Shown here: piece by piece, positions 38,234-47,995 of the stretch
How the letters are laid out: the number at the start of each line of letters is the position of its first letter
How positions within the stretch are numbered: the stretch's first letter is position 1
DNA from: Verrucomicrobiota bacterium
Lineage (GTDB): Bacteria; Verrucomicrobiota; Verrucomicrobiia; Verrucomicrobiales; DEV007
Length of the DNA stretch: 64,000 bases
Assembly: GCA_045046875.1 (NCBI GenBank)
Contig: JASFYY010000010.1
Location: forward strand, 1 to 64,000
Direction: 5' to 3'
The notes under the pieces: generated by a model
Told to the model about the DNA's origin: nothing
What the model saw: only the letters and a program-made list of their open reading frames with translations
Databases searched by the model: none
Program-made: the position numbers and the translations under genes

Positions 38234-38898
38234 TATCTTCTACTTTTAAAACCCGCTTTTCTAGCCGCATTCTCAAGAAAGTAATCCACCTGGCTGTGCA
38301 TCCTCTCCGACTGCGTCTTCATCGCAAAATCCATCCGCCGCTCGATCCCTTTCACATTCCCCGCGAACTTGACCTTATTCGTTATCAGCACATTGATCCC
38401 CCGACCACTCACCCGGATCTTCACCGCCCCCGGCGACGAATGCCGCCAGATCCAAGCCGGAGGTTTGTATCCCAGCTTGGCCGCCGCCGTATTGAATCCC
38501 CCCGCCAAAAAACCAACCTTCTTTTTACGCTCCCGCAGGTATCTAGTGAATTCACCCTTGGGAACCAAATGCACCACCCCGCGCTTATTAACCCGCCCGC
38601 GAAAATTCCTCCGCTTTTGATGCACCTGCTTCAGATCCACACCCTTGCGGGCAAACTTCGCCGATGCAGGAGCCAATACTCGCCTTATATCACGCTCCAC
38701 CGCAGCCTCCCCTTGCTTTTTCGCAGCCTGACCAGATACCCCCTCAGACCCAGGAGGAGTCACCGAAATCAAAGTCTTCACAATACTCTTCGCCTGCGCC
38801 TTCATCACTTCCTCCAGCGATTTCTTAGAATACTTCATGAAACGCTCAACCGACCGATTGAACTCCCCCGTCTCAAAATGTAGCTCTTTTACAGCCAT
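38233..38898 (-). CDS. Basic neck/tail-completion protein (HK97 gp10-like position)
   Basis: Lys/Arg-rich; structural module. Confidence 0.5.
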   Translation of the reverse strand: MAVKELHFETGEFNRSVERFMKYSKKSLEEVMKAQAKSIVKTLISVTPPGSEGVSGQAAKKQGEAAVERDIRRVLAPASAKFARKGVDLKQVHQKRRNFRGRVNKRGVVHLVPKGEFTRYLRERKKKVGFLAGGFNTAAAKLGYKPPAWIWRHSSPGAVKIRVSGRGINVLITNKVKFAGNVKGIERRMDFAMKTQSERMHSQVDYFLENAARKAGFKSRR

Positions 38899-39592
38899 CA
38901 GAATAAATTACCCTCTTCCTCAGCGTCCGCGTCAAAGCTCGCCAGAATCCGATCGATCTTCTCATCCACCCGCGCCACCTCTCCAGGCGCCACCGTCCAC
39001 ACATGCGGCACCGCTGCCCAATGACAGTGCCAATACTGGAACGCCCTGCACAACGGCAGCTCGTCCATGATCCACCGCTCCAATTCAGGAGTCACACGCC
39101 CACCCGCCAGAGTAAAAACGAACCTCGCCGTTCCCCCTGGCGTCAGCAATTTGGGGGCGGATCCTCACCACGACCAGCCTCCTCAGCACTATCCGTCAGC
39201 ACCGTCTCAGCATACGCCTCCCGCGCCAAGATCGTCACCCGCAGCACCTCCACCATCAACGGGCGCATCTGATCCATCTGCATGCCCGTTTCTTCAAAAT
39301 ACTCCACCGCCTCCCGCACCGCATCATCTCCAGCGCGGAATGCGGTGAACACCTCATCCACCGGCTCCGACTGCATCCACGCAATCGTCGCCACCTCTTT
39401 CAGTAGCTCCGCCGCAGGCATCTTCCTTGCCTCATCAAAGCTCCCCACGATCAAACGCAGATTCATATCCACCGAGCGCTGAAACGCCCGAAAACTGAAC
39501 GTCCGCAACTTCAACCCCGCCACCTCGGTCACCCCACCAGACACCTCCTCAAAAGCCCGGTTCAGCTCCTTCTCTCTTTTTTCGTCATTCAT
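38898..39592 (-). CDS. Tail assembly chaperone pair (G 39143-39592; GT via -1 frameshift into 38898-39149)
   Basis: Slippery heptamer C CCA AAT (39155-39149) just before the G stop; the downstream ORF is in the -1 frame. Confidence 0.75.
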
Positions 39593-39596
39593 AAAT

Positions 39597-40130
39597 TCAC
39601 AACTGTTTCAGCAATTCAGCCCGTTCTTTTTCGGTGGAATCCTCTCTGATATAAACAGACTTCTTCCCCTTCCTCACCTTCATGTGACGCAGCAAAGGCT
39701 CACCAAAATCAGGGTGAAATTTCTTCGACGACAACTTATGACGAAGTGCCTCATACTCTCGCAGCAATCGCGCCTGCATCGCAATTGGATGATGCGGATT
39801 CGCATCCAGCCAAGCATCATCTCGCAGCAAAGCCCAAAACTCCTCCAGGGTGAACTCCTGTCCCGCTGCAATAGGCATCACCTGCACCTTAGCATCACCA
39901 TCAAAACACCACGTCACCTCCCGCTTAAGCCGCCCTTCCGGCAACTCCTCCGTCGCATCAAGGAACGCCGCAGTGTGTTCCTTGCCCAACTTGGAAGGCA
40001 GCGGAGCCAAGCGGAATCCAAACGCCAAAGCCGCCGCCACCTCCACCGTTTTGGGAGATTTCAAAGGAGGACGGTCATCCACCACGCGCTGGAGATTAAC
40101 ACCCTCCAGATCCTTGATAGACCCCGTCAT
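39597..40130 (-). CDS. Phage hypothetical protein
   Basis: Start reassigned to ATG 40130, which overlaps the upstream stop. Confidence 0.6.
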   Translation of the reverse strand: MTGSIKDLEGVNLQRVVDDRPPLKSPKTVEVAAALAFGFRLAPLPSKLGKEHTAAFLDATEELPEGRLKREVTWCFDGDAKVQVMPIAAGQEFTLEEFWALLRDDAWLDANPHHPIAMQARLLREYEALRHKLSSKKFHPDFGEPLLRHMKVRKGKKSVYIREDSTEKERAELLKQL

Positions 40131-40456
40131 GCAGCAGCTCCAGCAGCATGCGTGCCAGACGCACTCCATCCGTTGCGACCAGTATTGCTCTGATCCTCGT
40201 CCGTGCTCTCGATCAAAGTCACGCCGCCCGTCAGACCAGCGATAGTCGGACCACCTCCCCCCAGCGCAAAATCAGCAGGCACATCACCTTTGCCGCTCGC
40301 AGAAAATTCATATATTTCCCCATAAGCAGTCGCCGCATGGAACCCCCCCACACTCGTCAGCGTCGGAGTCGATACATCCACGCTCTTTTTCAAGCGAAAC
40401 TCCTCCGTCAAAGCAGTACCGATAGAAACGATTCCGAAAGAAGTAATGGCAGGCAT
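40127..40456 (-). CDS. Small tail-tube-like protein B
   Basis: 109 aa, Gly/Thr-rich; resembles the upstream paralog. Confidence 0.5.
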   Translation of the reverse strand: MPAITSFGIVSIGTALTEEFRLKKSVDVSTPTLTSVGGFHAATAYGEIYEFSASGKGDVPADFALGGGGPTIAGLTGGVTLIESTDEDQSNTGRNGWSASGTHAAGAAA

Positions 40457-40490
40457 AATAAAAAAGTTAAATAATAGTTACAAAAGAAAA

Positions 40491-40814
40491 TTAAGCCGCC
40501 GTGGAGAATGCTTTGCCAGTGATCTCAAAATCAGGGTATTCCCCCTCAGCCACCTCAGTGGACTCCGCAGATATCACCTTCACCGCCCCAGCAACGAACT
40601 CCCCGGAAGTCACCCCAGCAAACGCAGGATCACCCTTGCCGCGAATCGTCACATCCTCCTCGATGAGTTTTTTGGCACGCATCTTAACAAACTCCCCCAA
40701 CTCATCACGGACAACTGCCTTGCCCTGCTTACGCCCACGCCGCGATTCCGAAGTGAATCCATTCGTCGGGGTGGTCAATCCAAAGGTGCTAGTTACTCCA
40801 TGTGCGTCAGCCAT
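40491..40814 (-). CDS. Small tail-tube-like protein A
   Basis: 107 aa from ATG 40814; between the tail-terminator region and the chaperones. Confidence 0.5.
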   Translation of the reverse strand: MADAHGVTSTFGLTTPTNGFTSESRRGRKQGKAVVRDELGEFVKMRAKKLIEEDVTIRGKGDPAFAGVTSGEFVAGAVKVISAESTEVAEGEYPDFEITGKAFSTAA

Positions 40815-40840
40815 AACAAATAGCAATTGTCAAAACACAT

Positions 40841-41059
40841 CTACTCGCCCACGCTACTCTCGATCACCACACCCGAATCACCCCGGAGCTCCAAAATCGG
40901 TCGCGACTCCTCATCCGGCCAATCCCGCTTTTTCAAAAAAGCCTCATAGCTCCGCCGCCGATCCTTCAGATCCCCTACCCCAATCACAGCCCTGGCATTC
41001 TGCCCATTCGCCGTCACCGACACTACCTGCCCCAAATCCACTCTTTTTTTCTTTGCCAT
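40841..41059 (-). CDS. Phage hypothetical protein
   Basis: Start ATG 41059 (MAKKKRVDL), 14 nt after TTGACA. Confidence 0.55.
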   Translation of the reverse strand: MAKKKRVDLGQVVSVTANGQNARAVIGVGDLKDRRRSYEAFLKKRDWPDEESRPILELRGDSGVVIESSVGE

Positions 41060-41079
41060 AAATATTGGCAAAATGTCAA

Positions 41080-41295
41080 TCACTCCCTTCCATGGATCTT
41101 AAACCTCCAGTGTTTACCGGACACCTCCAACACCCCCTTTTTTACCAGCGCATTCATGTGTCCCATCGCAGCGGACTGAGTAAATCCAAAAAAAGCAGCC
41201 ACGTCTCGACTGCTAGGCAGCCGATCCTCATTAGCAAAGAATTCCTTGATAAAAACCAACACCTCAGCTTGTCGCTTACTCAATTCATCAGACAT
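41080..41295 (-). CDS. Stand-alone LexA-type winged-helix DNA-binding domain
   Basis: LSKRQAEVLVFIKEF....RLPSSRDVAAFFGF.QSAAMGHMNALVKKGVL matches the LexA N-terminal domain pattern. Confidence 0.8.
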   Translation of the reverse strand: MSDELSKRQAEVLVFIKEFFANEDRLPSSRDVAAFFGFTQSAAMGHMNALVKKGVLEVSGKHWRFKIHGRE

Positions 41296-41340
41296 TCACT
41301 AACCAATGAACGAAAACCTAGCCACACTCAAGGAAAAAAC

Positions 41341-41640
41341 TCACTCCACACACCCAGATTCATAGCACTCATGCCCTAGCCCCCAAGGCTCCACCTTCCC
41401 AAAAACAGCATATTCTAAAAAGACCATCTCCTCCCTCACTCGATCTGGCACCAACGAGCAACCCGTCATCCACAGCACCACCAGCAACGAGGTCAGTAAC
41501 ACTACCAGCCACCGGAAAAAACGCCAGCGCCTCACTTTAAGTGTTTCCGAAAAAATTACCCTCCTCTTTTTATTGCGACCCCTATACCTAACTTTTATAT
41601 ACTCCCAGCGAGGATGCGCTTCAATATTCATCATCTTCAT
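41341..41640 (-). CDS. Membrane protein / lipoprotein candidate
   Basis: Basic N-terminus, TM, LWMTGC lipobox-like motif. Confidence 0.45.
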   Translation of the reverse strand: MKMMNIEAHPRWEYIKVRYRGRNKKRRVIFSETLKVRRWRFFRWLVVLLTSLLVVLWMTGCSLVPDRVREEMVFLEYAVFGKVEPWGLGHECYESGCVE

Positions 41641-42068
41641 TGTTTCTCCACTCCCATCTTCACCGCCATCGCAGAGACCCATTTCTGCCCATCATTCAGA
41701 CTCCGCCAATCCCCCGTCGAAAAACTCGTTCCTCCCGTCAGACCAAAACCCTCCACTTGCAGTGCCGCATCCAACTGAACTTTATTAGCCTGCGAAAACA
41801 ACCAATCAATGCCCGCCTTATCCACCACCTCACGATGCCGCACCAACGACGTCTGATCCGAGAATGCCGGAGTCTCCACCCTCACCTCAAGCTCCGCCAC
41901 GTATAGTGGACCGACCGACCAATTCAACTCCACCGCAAAAATCAGAAACTCTTTAGTTGGATCAAGATCCACATCACTAGTCTCACCCCGCACCTCCACC
42001 ACAAACGCCTCGCCTGCAAAATAAGCGTCCGCATAAGCCTTCAAAGCCTGCTCAATATTCAGATTCAT
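41637..42068 (-). CDS. Tail terminator-like protein
   Basis: 143 aa; head-tail connector position. Confidence 0.5.
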   Translation of the reverse strand: MNLNIEQALKAYADAYFAGEAFVVEVRGETSDVDLDPTKEFLIFAVELNWSVGPLYVAELEVRVETPAFSDQTSLVRHREVVDKAGIDWLFSQANKVQLDAALQVEGFGLTGGTSFSTGDWRSLNDGQKWVSAMAVKMGVEKQ

Positions 42069-42652
42069 ACCAAGCCTATTATTTTACTCAAAGCCTCCGC
42101 CTCTTTCCTCGCCCCCACCAAAGCTCGATGAGGTTTCGGCTCAGCAGGTAGCCCCAGCAACGCATAGATCTCATCCGTATAAAGCCCGCGTGAAGGGATC
42201 TCCAGCACATCCGATAATCCATGCGCCACCGCCAAGCTATGCAGATCCAGCACACGGTGCCGGAACGCCCGCGCCACCTTCACCCCAGCCCGCTCACAAG
42301 CCCTTAATACAAACGCACGATCAAAAGACGGATTCAGTCCCGCCAACATCACCGGCTCGTCCTGCGTAGCCTCACACCAGTTCAACAGCTCCAAAATAGC
42401 TTCCCCCTCAGTCGGCAACACCGGATTCGTGCACCGAGCCATACTCAAGCCATGCACATCAGCAGCTCTGTCATCCCACTTCGCCCCCTCCCACATCTGG
42501 CAGTCCATCTGGAACTCGCCCACACCGCCAGTCAGCCACACCGCACCCATCTCGACAATACTGTGTTTATTCGCATCCAAGCCAGTCGTCTCAAGATCCA
42601 CCACCAGTATCCGGGGAGACATCACATATTCATTCGGTTCGCCATCGTTCAT
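42065..42652 (-). CDS. DEDD-family 3'-5' exonuclease
   Basis: ExoI VVDLETTG, ExoII NPSFD, ExoIII-like HRALVGA. Confidence 0.85.
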   Translation of the reverse strand: MNDGEPNEYVMSPRILVVDLETTGLDANKHSIVEMGAVWLTGGVGEFQMDCQMWEGAKWDDRAADVHGLSMARCTNPVLPTEGEAILELLNWCEATQDEPVMLAGLNPSFDRAFVLRACERAGVKVARAFRHRVLDLHSLAVAHGLSDVLEIPSRGLYTDEIYALLGLPAEPKPHRALVGARKEAEALSKIIGLV

Positions 42653-42674
42653 GGTATCCGACCGATGTCAATGA

Positions 42675-42998
42675 TCAGCCAGGCCACTGAATCGCCACAA
42701 ACTCCCACGAGATCGCCCCCGATCCACGTCCGCTCAGATCCTCATCAAAGCGATACGTCTCCCCCGCATGCACAATCGACGCCCCTTTTTGCGGCAACGC
42801 CGCCAGCACACTCTTGCGGATCGTCACCGTCAGCGACTTGATCCTACCTATCCCCCCATCCATCAGCTCCGCCTGCTGTCCACTCACCACCGCCGCACAT
42901 GCATAAGGCGTCCCACCTATCGTTACCGTCTCCGGCCACAGATCCTCTGCCGAAGCCTGCATCTGATCTTCAAATCCCGCGAGTTGATTAGCATCCAT
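42675..42998 (-). CDS. Head-tail joining/closure protein
   Basis: 107 aa, beta-rich (lambda FII-like position); start ATG 42998. Confidence 0.55.
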   Translation of the reverse strand: MDANQLAGFEDQMQASAEDLWPETVTIGGTPYACAAVVSGQQAELMDGGIGRIKSLTVTIRKSVLAALPQKGASIVHAGETYRFDEDLSGRGSGAISWEFVAIQWPG

Positions 42999-43015
42999 AC
43001 TCAAGCTCAGTCGTC

Positions 43016-43060
43016 AAAAAAAGCAGCTCCGACTCGCTCAAAAGAGCCAATCGGAGCCGC
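43016..43060 (-). terminator. Intrinsic terminator after the capsid operon
   Basis: GCGGCTCCGA...TCGGAGCTGC followed by T7 that runs into TTGACG. Confidence 0.8.
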
Positions 43061-43086
43061 AGGTAGCATAGGACTTTGGTGGTCTG

Positions 43087-43617
43087 CTATTCTCCTTTCT
43101 TCGCCTTTTTAGGCGGAGCACGGAAAGTGTCCGCAGCTCGCTCCACCGGTTCTGGTGGCGCGGCTGGATCCGTCTCAGTATCCTGTCCTTTTTTGGACTC
43201 AGGATCTGCTTTATTATCGGAAATTTTCTTTTTCTCAGCTTCGATTTTTTCAGCTGCTGCAGCCTTCTCTTTCACCGCTGCCGCCTGCTCGTCAGCTTCT
43301 TTCTTCAGCTTTTCTTCTTCAGCTTTTGCCTCCGCAGCTGCCGTGTCCACAGCCTCGGCACCCAAACGATCAATTTCAGCCAGCTTGGCTTCTTCGATCT
43401 TCAGTCCTGCCGCGGCACCGGCTTCGCGGAATTTGTGTGACTTTGCACATCTGCCTCGCATCCAAATTTCAAGACGAGGATAATCGTCATTCGGAGCATC
43501 GTCCGCCGCGACCCGTTCTTTAAACTCCTTCAGCAGTTCACTGAACGGCTTAACATCGGAAACCACTTTCCCCTCCCGACGGTTTAGAGAAAAGGCGATG
43601 AGGATAGCTAGTTTCAT
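43087..43617 (-). CDS. Phage protein with Ala/Lys/Glu-rich low-complexity tail
   Basis: Directly downstream of the capsid gene. Confidence 0.65.
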   Translation of the reverse strand: MKLAILIAFSLNRREGKVVSDVKPFSELLKEFKERVAADDAPNDDYPRLEIWMRGRCAKSHKFREAGAAAGLKIEEAKLAEIDRLGAEAVDTAAAEAKAEEEKLKKEADEQAAAVKEKAAAAEKIEAEKKKISDNKADPESKKGQDTETDPAAPPEPVERAADTFRAPPKKAKKGE

Positions 43618-43660
43618 AAAGTGACTTGGTTAGAAATTGATTCCAGATGCTTCAGTCTGA

Positions 43661-44587
43661 TTATGGAGTGACAATGCGTTTCAGCGCGCCAACCTCACCG
43701 ATAGCGAAGCCATAGTGAGCCTCGATCACCTGCACCTCTTGTGACGTATCAGGATAAACCAGATGCTTGTATTCCAAAACCAGCCCGGTGTATTCATCCT
43801 TCACAATGCGATAATCATAAACCTGAGACATCTGCGCCTTCGTTGGAGGCACCGGAGCAAATGCCGTAAGGATGGCCGAAGGAAAACTAACAAAACCCGC
43901 CAGTTTTTCCAACCCATTAGTAGGCACCCCGTTCGAACCAAAAGTATTGAACTCCAAAATACGCTGCACTAATGCCTCACGTAGCACCGCTGGATCATTC
44001 GACTGCGACGCATCGAGCAAAGCAGGGCTCCCAACTAAGGCATAATAAAAAGCAGGGTTGAGCACCATACCACGCCCCACATTTGGCCAATCGGCCTCCA
44101 TTGCCAATTTTGCCAATTCGGCGACATCAACCTCATCGAAGTTATCTGCGATAGTAGCCGCGATGGTAGTGGAAGGGAAATTGGCTGCTGTCACCACCGA
44201 CAGAACGTCAGCGGTAATATCCGAAGCCAGCTTTTCAGCCTTTAATTGCCCGTGCATCTCTGGATTAAATTTTGGCTCGCGCGCCACTTGCTGTGCCGTG
44301 AACGAGATCGCTTGAACTTTGTGTTTATCAAGAGCAACAGTTTTCGACAAAGTGTTCGTATCAGTTGCTTTAGCAAGGTAAGAATCAGACGCAGCCATAT
44401 CCTGACTCGCGTCGGTGGCCAGCGGGTAATATGGAACATTTATCGTCCCATCCCCCTGCAGCTCCACATCCTCGTATGCTTGCGAAAAAATTGATAGTGG
44501 CAGAATCGCTTTACGAAAAGCGACCAGCGCTGAATCTAAGACTTCTGTGAGTTGGAGTTCGGAAACAATTGCGTTTGTAGTAGCCAT
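43661..44587 (-). CDS. Major capsid protein
   Basis: 308 aa; GDGTINVP, LNPAFY and YGFAIG..ALKRI HK97-fold-like motifs; follows protease and scaffold. Confidence 0.8.
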   Translation of the reverse strand: MATTNAIVSELQLTEVLDSALVAFRKAILPLSIFSQAYEDVELQGDGTINVPYYPLATDASQDMAASDSYLAKATDTNTLSKTVALDKHKVQAISFTAQQVAREPKFNPEMHGQLKAEKLASDITADVLSVVTAANFPSTTIAATIADNFDEVDVAELAKLAMEADWPNVGRGMVLNPAFYYALVGSPALLDASQSNDPAVLREALVQRILEFNTFGSNGVPTNGLEKLAGFVSFPSAILTAFAPVPPTKAQMSQVYDYRIVKDEYTGLVLEYKHLVYPDTSQEVQVIEAHYGFAIGEVGALKRIVTP

Positions 44588-44648
44588 TTGAGTAGTGAGT
44601 TTTTGTGATTATTTTTGAAATACAGATTCTGCGATTCGTTTTAAATTG

Positions 44649-45272
44649 TTACTTGCTTCGCGATTTGAATTCTCGCAGCAGCGCGCTGCGTTCCTCCTGC
44701 GTTTCACAGGCTTTCAAATTTTCCTCAAGCTCTGCCCGAGTCTTAGCTTTAGCGTTTGTTCCACCTTGCGTTTCATCTTTCCCAGGCAATCCAGTTTCAG
44801 GCACGCCAGCTGATGCCAGCGCATCAGTCGTCGCCTGCTGCACCGTAGTTTTCGATTTCACCGCCTCATCCAGCGCCGCTTGCAGCTCAGTATTAGCCGT
44901 GCGTTGAGCATCAAGATCCGTAGTCGCCGTCGCCAACTCATTTGTCAGTCGCGCCACTTCCGCCCGCGCCTGACCTGCCGAAGCTGTCAGCTGCCGATTG
45001 GATGCGACCAACTGAGCATTGCTGCTCACCATCGCCTTGGCATTATCCAAGATCCCTGGCTTCGCAACCTGCTCTCCAGATTTATTCTTAGCCGCAGCTT
45101 CCTTCGCCGCCTCAGCTTCCGCTTGCACCGCCTCCATCTCACCCGCAGCCGAAGCCAGCGATGTCAGATACTGCAGCTCAGCAGTCGTGACTTCAGTGTG
45201 ATCTCCCTCAGCAGTGCCAAGTAGAGTGATAAGACGGGCTCGTTGTTCAGCGCTAAGTTTCATGAATATCAA
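44649..45272 (-). CDS. Scaffolding-like protein
   Basis: Ala-rich coiled coil between protease and capsid. Confidence 0.6.
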   Translation of the reverse strand: MIFMKLSAEQRARLITLLGTAEGDHTEVTTAELQYLTSLASAAGEMEAVQAEAEAAKEAAAKNKSGEQVAKPGILDNAKAMVSSNAQLVASNRQLTASAGQARAEVARLTNELATATTDLDAQRTANTELQAALDEAVKSKTTVQQATTDALASAGVPETGLPGKDETQGGTNAKAKTRAELEENLKACETQEERSALLREFKSRSK

Positions 45273-45308
45273 ATTTGTTTTTTTGAGTAGAATGCGATCA
45301 AATCGACT

Positions 45309-46145
45309 TTATGCATTCGCCGCCGTGTCAATCAGATTGGCGAACAAGTGGTCAATTGTGAGAAAAAAACCATCCACCAATCCCGCGTCCAAAGCCCCTT
45401 GCCCCGAGTAGTATCCCCCCTGATACATCGCCTCCGCCAGATGCGGACGCCGCGAACGAACAAAAGCCTTAAACTCACCACCCACCTGCGTCACCCGTTC
45501 TTGGAAAAATGCCCGCTGCTTATCGCTCAGCGTTTTCCCAGGCATACCACCAGCCTTCAAGTCGCCATCAGTGAACAGCTCCATTTTCAAACCATCCATC
45601 TCCCACGCCCGGCTCTCATCCAGGATCGCAATATACGCAGAAATCGAACCCACAATCGCACTCGGTCCAGCATAGATTTCATCACAAGCCGACGCCAAAT
45701 AATAACCCGCGCTGCACGCCATGTTATCGACATAAGCAATCGTCCGCTTCGTCTCCGCCAACTCACGGATCAACTCCGCACCTTCACCCACGCTGGTCGC
45801 GATCCCGCCCGGAGTATTAAAAGTCGTCACCACCGTATGCACATCATCCCGCTGCTTCAGCTCCGCACACTGCCTTTCAAGCAGCGCCAGATCATACCCC
45901 CCGCCACACTCCATTTCCATGAAGCTCAAATGTTTCCCGATCACCCCCGCCACCCTATTCAGCGCAAAGCCATCCGCAATCAAAACCCCAGGAGGCGGAG
46001 ACGTCCGCTCAACTGGCGCAGCGTGCGCCGTATTCACTCGCCCCATCAAATGCGAGTGCAGCACCTTCCCCATCGACGCATGCTGATCCTCCCGGATCAA
46101 CCAAGGCTCAGAATAAAACTTTGTCGCGATTCTATGTAAACTCAT
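45309..46145 (-). CDS. S49-family prohead protease (lambda gpC-like)
   Basis: NTPGG, ACSAGYYLAS, VGSIS, GLVDG. Confidence 0.9.
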   Translation of the reverse strand: MSLHRIATKFYSEPWLIREDQHASMGKVLHSHLMGRVNTAHAAPVERTSPPPGVLIADGFALNRVAGVIGKHLSFMEMECGGGYDLALLERQCAELKQRDDVHTVVTTFNTPGGIATSVGEGAELIRELAETKRTIAYVDNMACSAGYYLASACDEIYAGPSAIVGSISAYIAILDESRAWEMDGLKMELFTDGDLKAGGMPGKTLSDKQRAFFQERVTQVGGEFKAFVRSRRPHLAEAMYQGGYYSGQGALDAGLVDGFFLTIDHLFANLIDTAANA

Positions 46146-47665
46146 TATTTTTCCTTTTTATCTAAGCCCGAATTTTCAGCGAGCATCGGGGTTGAAAGCC
46201 CAGGGAAAACTTCCCTATAGTCCAACGGAGGCTCATACTCCGCGCACCGCTTTTTGGCATAGCCCACCTCATTGATCCTCTGGTTAACTTGCTTCTTCCA
46301 AAAAATCCCCTTATTCCCAGAGAGCTCAGCCCACGTCGCATTACCCGTCTCCAAATTGATAATCGACAACTTGCCTTCACGTCCTTTATCAATAGTCAGA
46401 TTCGGCTGCCCAATCCACTCCACCAGCCGCCAGTATTCCTCACCAGGATCAGGCAGGCGCCCCGCCTTGATCTCCTTCGCCATGTGGTAAGCGTAATAAC
46501 GCTTACACCACTTCGCGAGTTTGTATTGCTCGTTCAAAATCCAGCGATTGATCTCGTCCATCACATATCGGATACCCGGACCCGTCACCCCGCTGATCTC
46601 GCATAAAGCCTCATAAGGCAAATCCACCCCCCATGTGCAATCTCTCAGCAAAGACTTTTCAAAATCCATGTGGTTCTGAGATGGGCGATTAGAAGTGATC
46701 ACCTTCAAAGTTTCCCCCGGCGCGAGATCTGGAGTTTTACCCCCGCCCGTCGCCATCTCCCAATCTACCTCTTGAGTTGACCCATCCGGCATCGTCACTT
46801 TAGCCTTGATCAGTGGACCAGCCAAACCCGACGCACTCGACACCACCGCCGTCGGCAGCGCCTTCTCTTTTACCACGCCAATACGATTGTCATCCTTGAT
46901 GCCATGCTTCACAAATCCCCTCGTCTGCACCACATCCATCATGTTGGTCACCGCATGCACCAATATCGACAAGCCTCGCACTTGACCATGCGTTTCAAAA
47001 TTCCCAAAATAGATAGCATCCCGCACATCCACCGGGCTGAAATTCGACGGATCCTCGCTGGAGCGCAAAGAGTATCCCATGTGCCGACCGAACTTGTCCA
47101 GCCTCACCCCCATCGTCATGTTGCTCGGAGGCTTCGACGGATTAGTGATCTGATCCGCCTCATAAAAAGCCAACCTCGCCCCCTTGCTCGAAGTCTCCGT
47201 CAGCACCGCCAAACTATCCCCATCCTTAAACCTGTTGCGATTGATCTGCTGCTGCGCCGTGAAAAAATCAAATTTTCCAGCCCGATCAAAAATCTGTTCA
47301 GCACCCGCCCGAGCCATAAAATTATCAAACGCCAGCTCATTCCATTCATCGTCACTAGTATTCGGCTGCGGAGTCATCGACCCGATCAGCTTCGACATCC
47401 CGTTTACCAGGCGTCGCGCAAAACCAAAGTTCGCATAAAGCCAATGCACACGTTTCCGAATCTCCCTCGCGCTGATCGGAGTCATCTGCCTGCGCGAATC
47501 CGTCGACGGCATATACACATATCCACGAGCCGGGCTGCTGCTCGCCGCCTCATACCCACTCATCAGCAAATACCCCCCCTGCACACCCTCCATTTGTGTC
47601 CCTGAAATTGACCGTTCACGTGAACGGTCAAACTGAGCTTGTTCTGTTTTCAGAGCATCACTCAT
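46145..47665 (-). CDS. Portal protein, lambda family
   Basis: YEAA, LYANFGFAR, DGDS, GVRLDKFGR, QVRGLS, IDKGRE; position. Confidence 0.85.
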   Translation of the reverse strand: MSDALKTEQAQFDRSRERSISGTQMEGVQGGYLLMSGYEAASSSPARGYVYMPSTDSRRQMTPISAREIRKRVHWLYANFGFARRLVNGMSKLIGSMTPQPNTSDDEWNELAFDNFMARAGAEQIFDRAGKFDFFTAQQQINRNRFKDGDSLAVLTETSSKGARLAFYEADQITNPSKPPSNMTMGVRLDKFGRHMGYSLRSSEDPSNFSPVDVRDAIYFGNFETHGQVRGLSILVHAVTNMMDVVQTRGFVKHGIKDDNRIGVVKEKALPTAVVSSASGLAGPLIKAKVTMPDGSTQEVDWEMATGGGKTPDLAPGETLKVITSNRPSQNHMDFEKSLLRDCTWGVDLPYEALCEISGVTGPGIRYVMDEINRWILNEQYKLAKWCKRYYAYHMAKEIKAGRLPDPGEEYWRLVEWIGQPNLTIDKGREGKLSIINLETGNATWAELSGNKGIFWKKQVNQRINEVGYAKKRCAEYEPPLDYREVFPGLSTPMLAENSGLDKKEK

Positions 47666-47976
47666 TACGACCGCAAAGGTTGATGTGAATAATCCGTGCC
47701 CGACCCAAACGCCCTCGAATCCACCACCGGTTGCCCTGCCGCCAAGTTAGCCAAAGCAGCCTGGCATGCCGCGATAAAATCAAGTTGATCCTCCGGTTTC
47801 GCCAGCGTGATCCCCGCCGCATTCCGATCCCCCATCGACGACGTCGTGATGTGGATATTGACCGACACCCGCGACTCCAGTGCTGCCCGCACCTTATCTT
47901 TTAACGCAATAATTTCAGCCTCAGACTTGTTGTCCGTCAGCTCAGCGATGTAAATAGGATTATTGAACAAGCCCAC
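47665..47976 (-). CDS. Head completion protein (gpW position)
   Basis: Small ORF between terminase and portal. Confidence 0.55.
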   Translation of the reverse strand: MGLFNNPIYIAELTDNKSEAEIIALKDKVRAALESRVSVNIHITTSSMGDRNAAGITLAKPEDQLDFIAACQAALANLAAGQPVVDSRAFGSGTDYSHQPLRS

Positions 47977-47995
47977 GCCTCGGCGGGAATGTCAA

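Noticed and set aside
42653..42681. Sigma54 (-24/-12) interpretation of the TTGAC motif (TGGC..TTGAC here)
   Set aside because: Spacing and sequence do not fit TGGCAC-N5-TTGC, and I did not see a conserved upstream GG element at the other sites.
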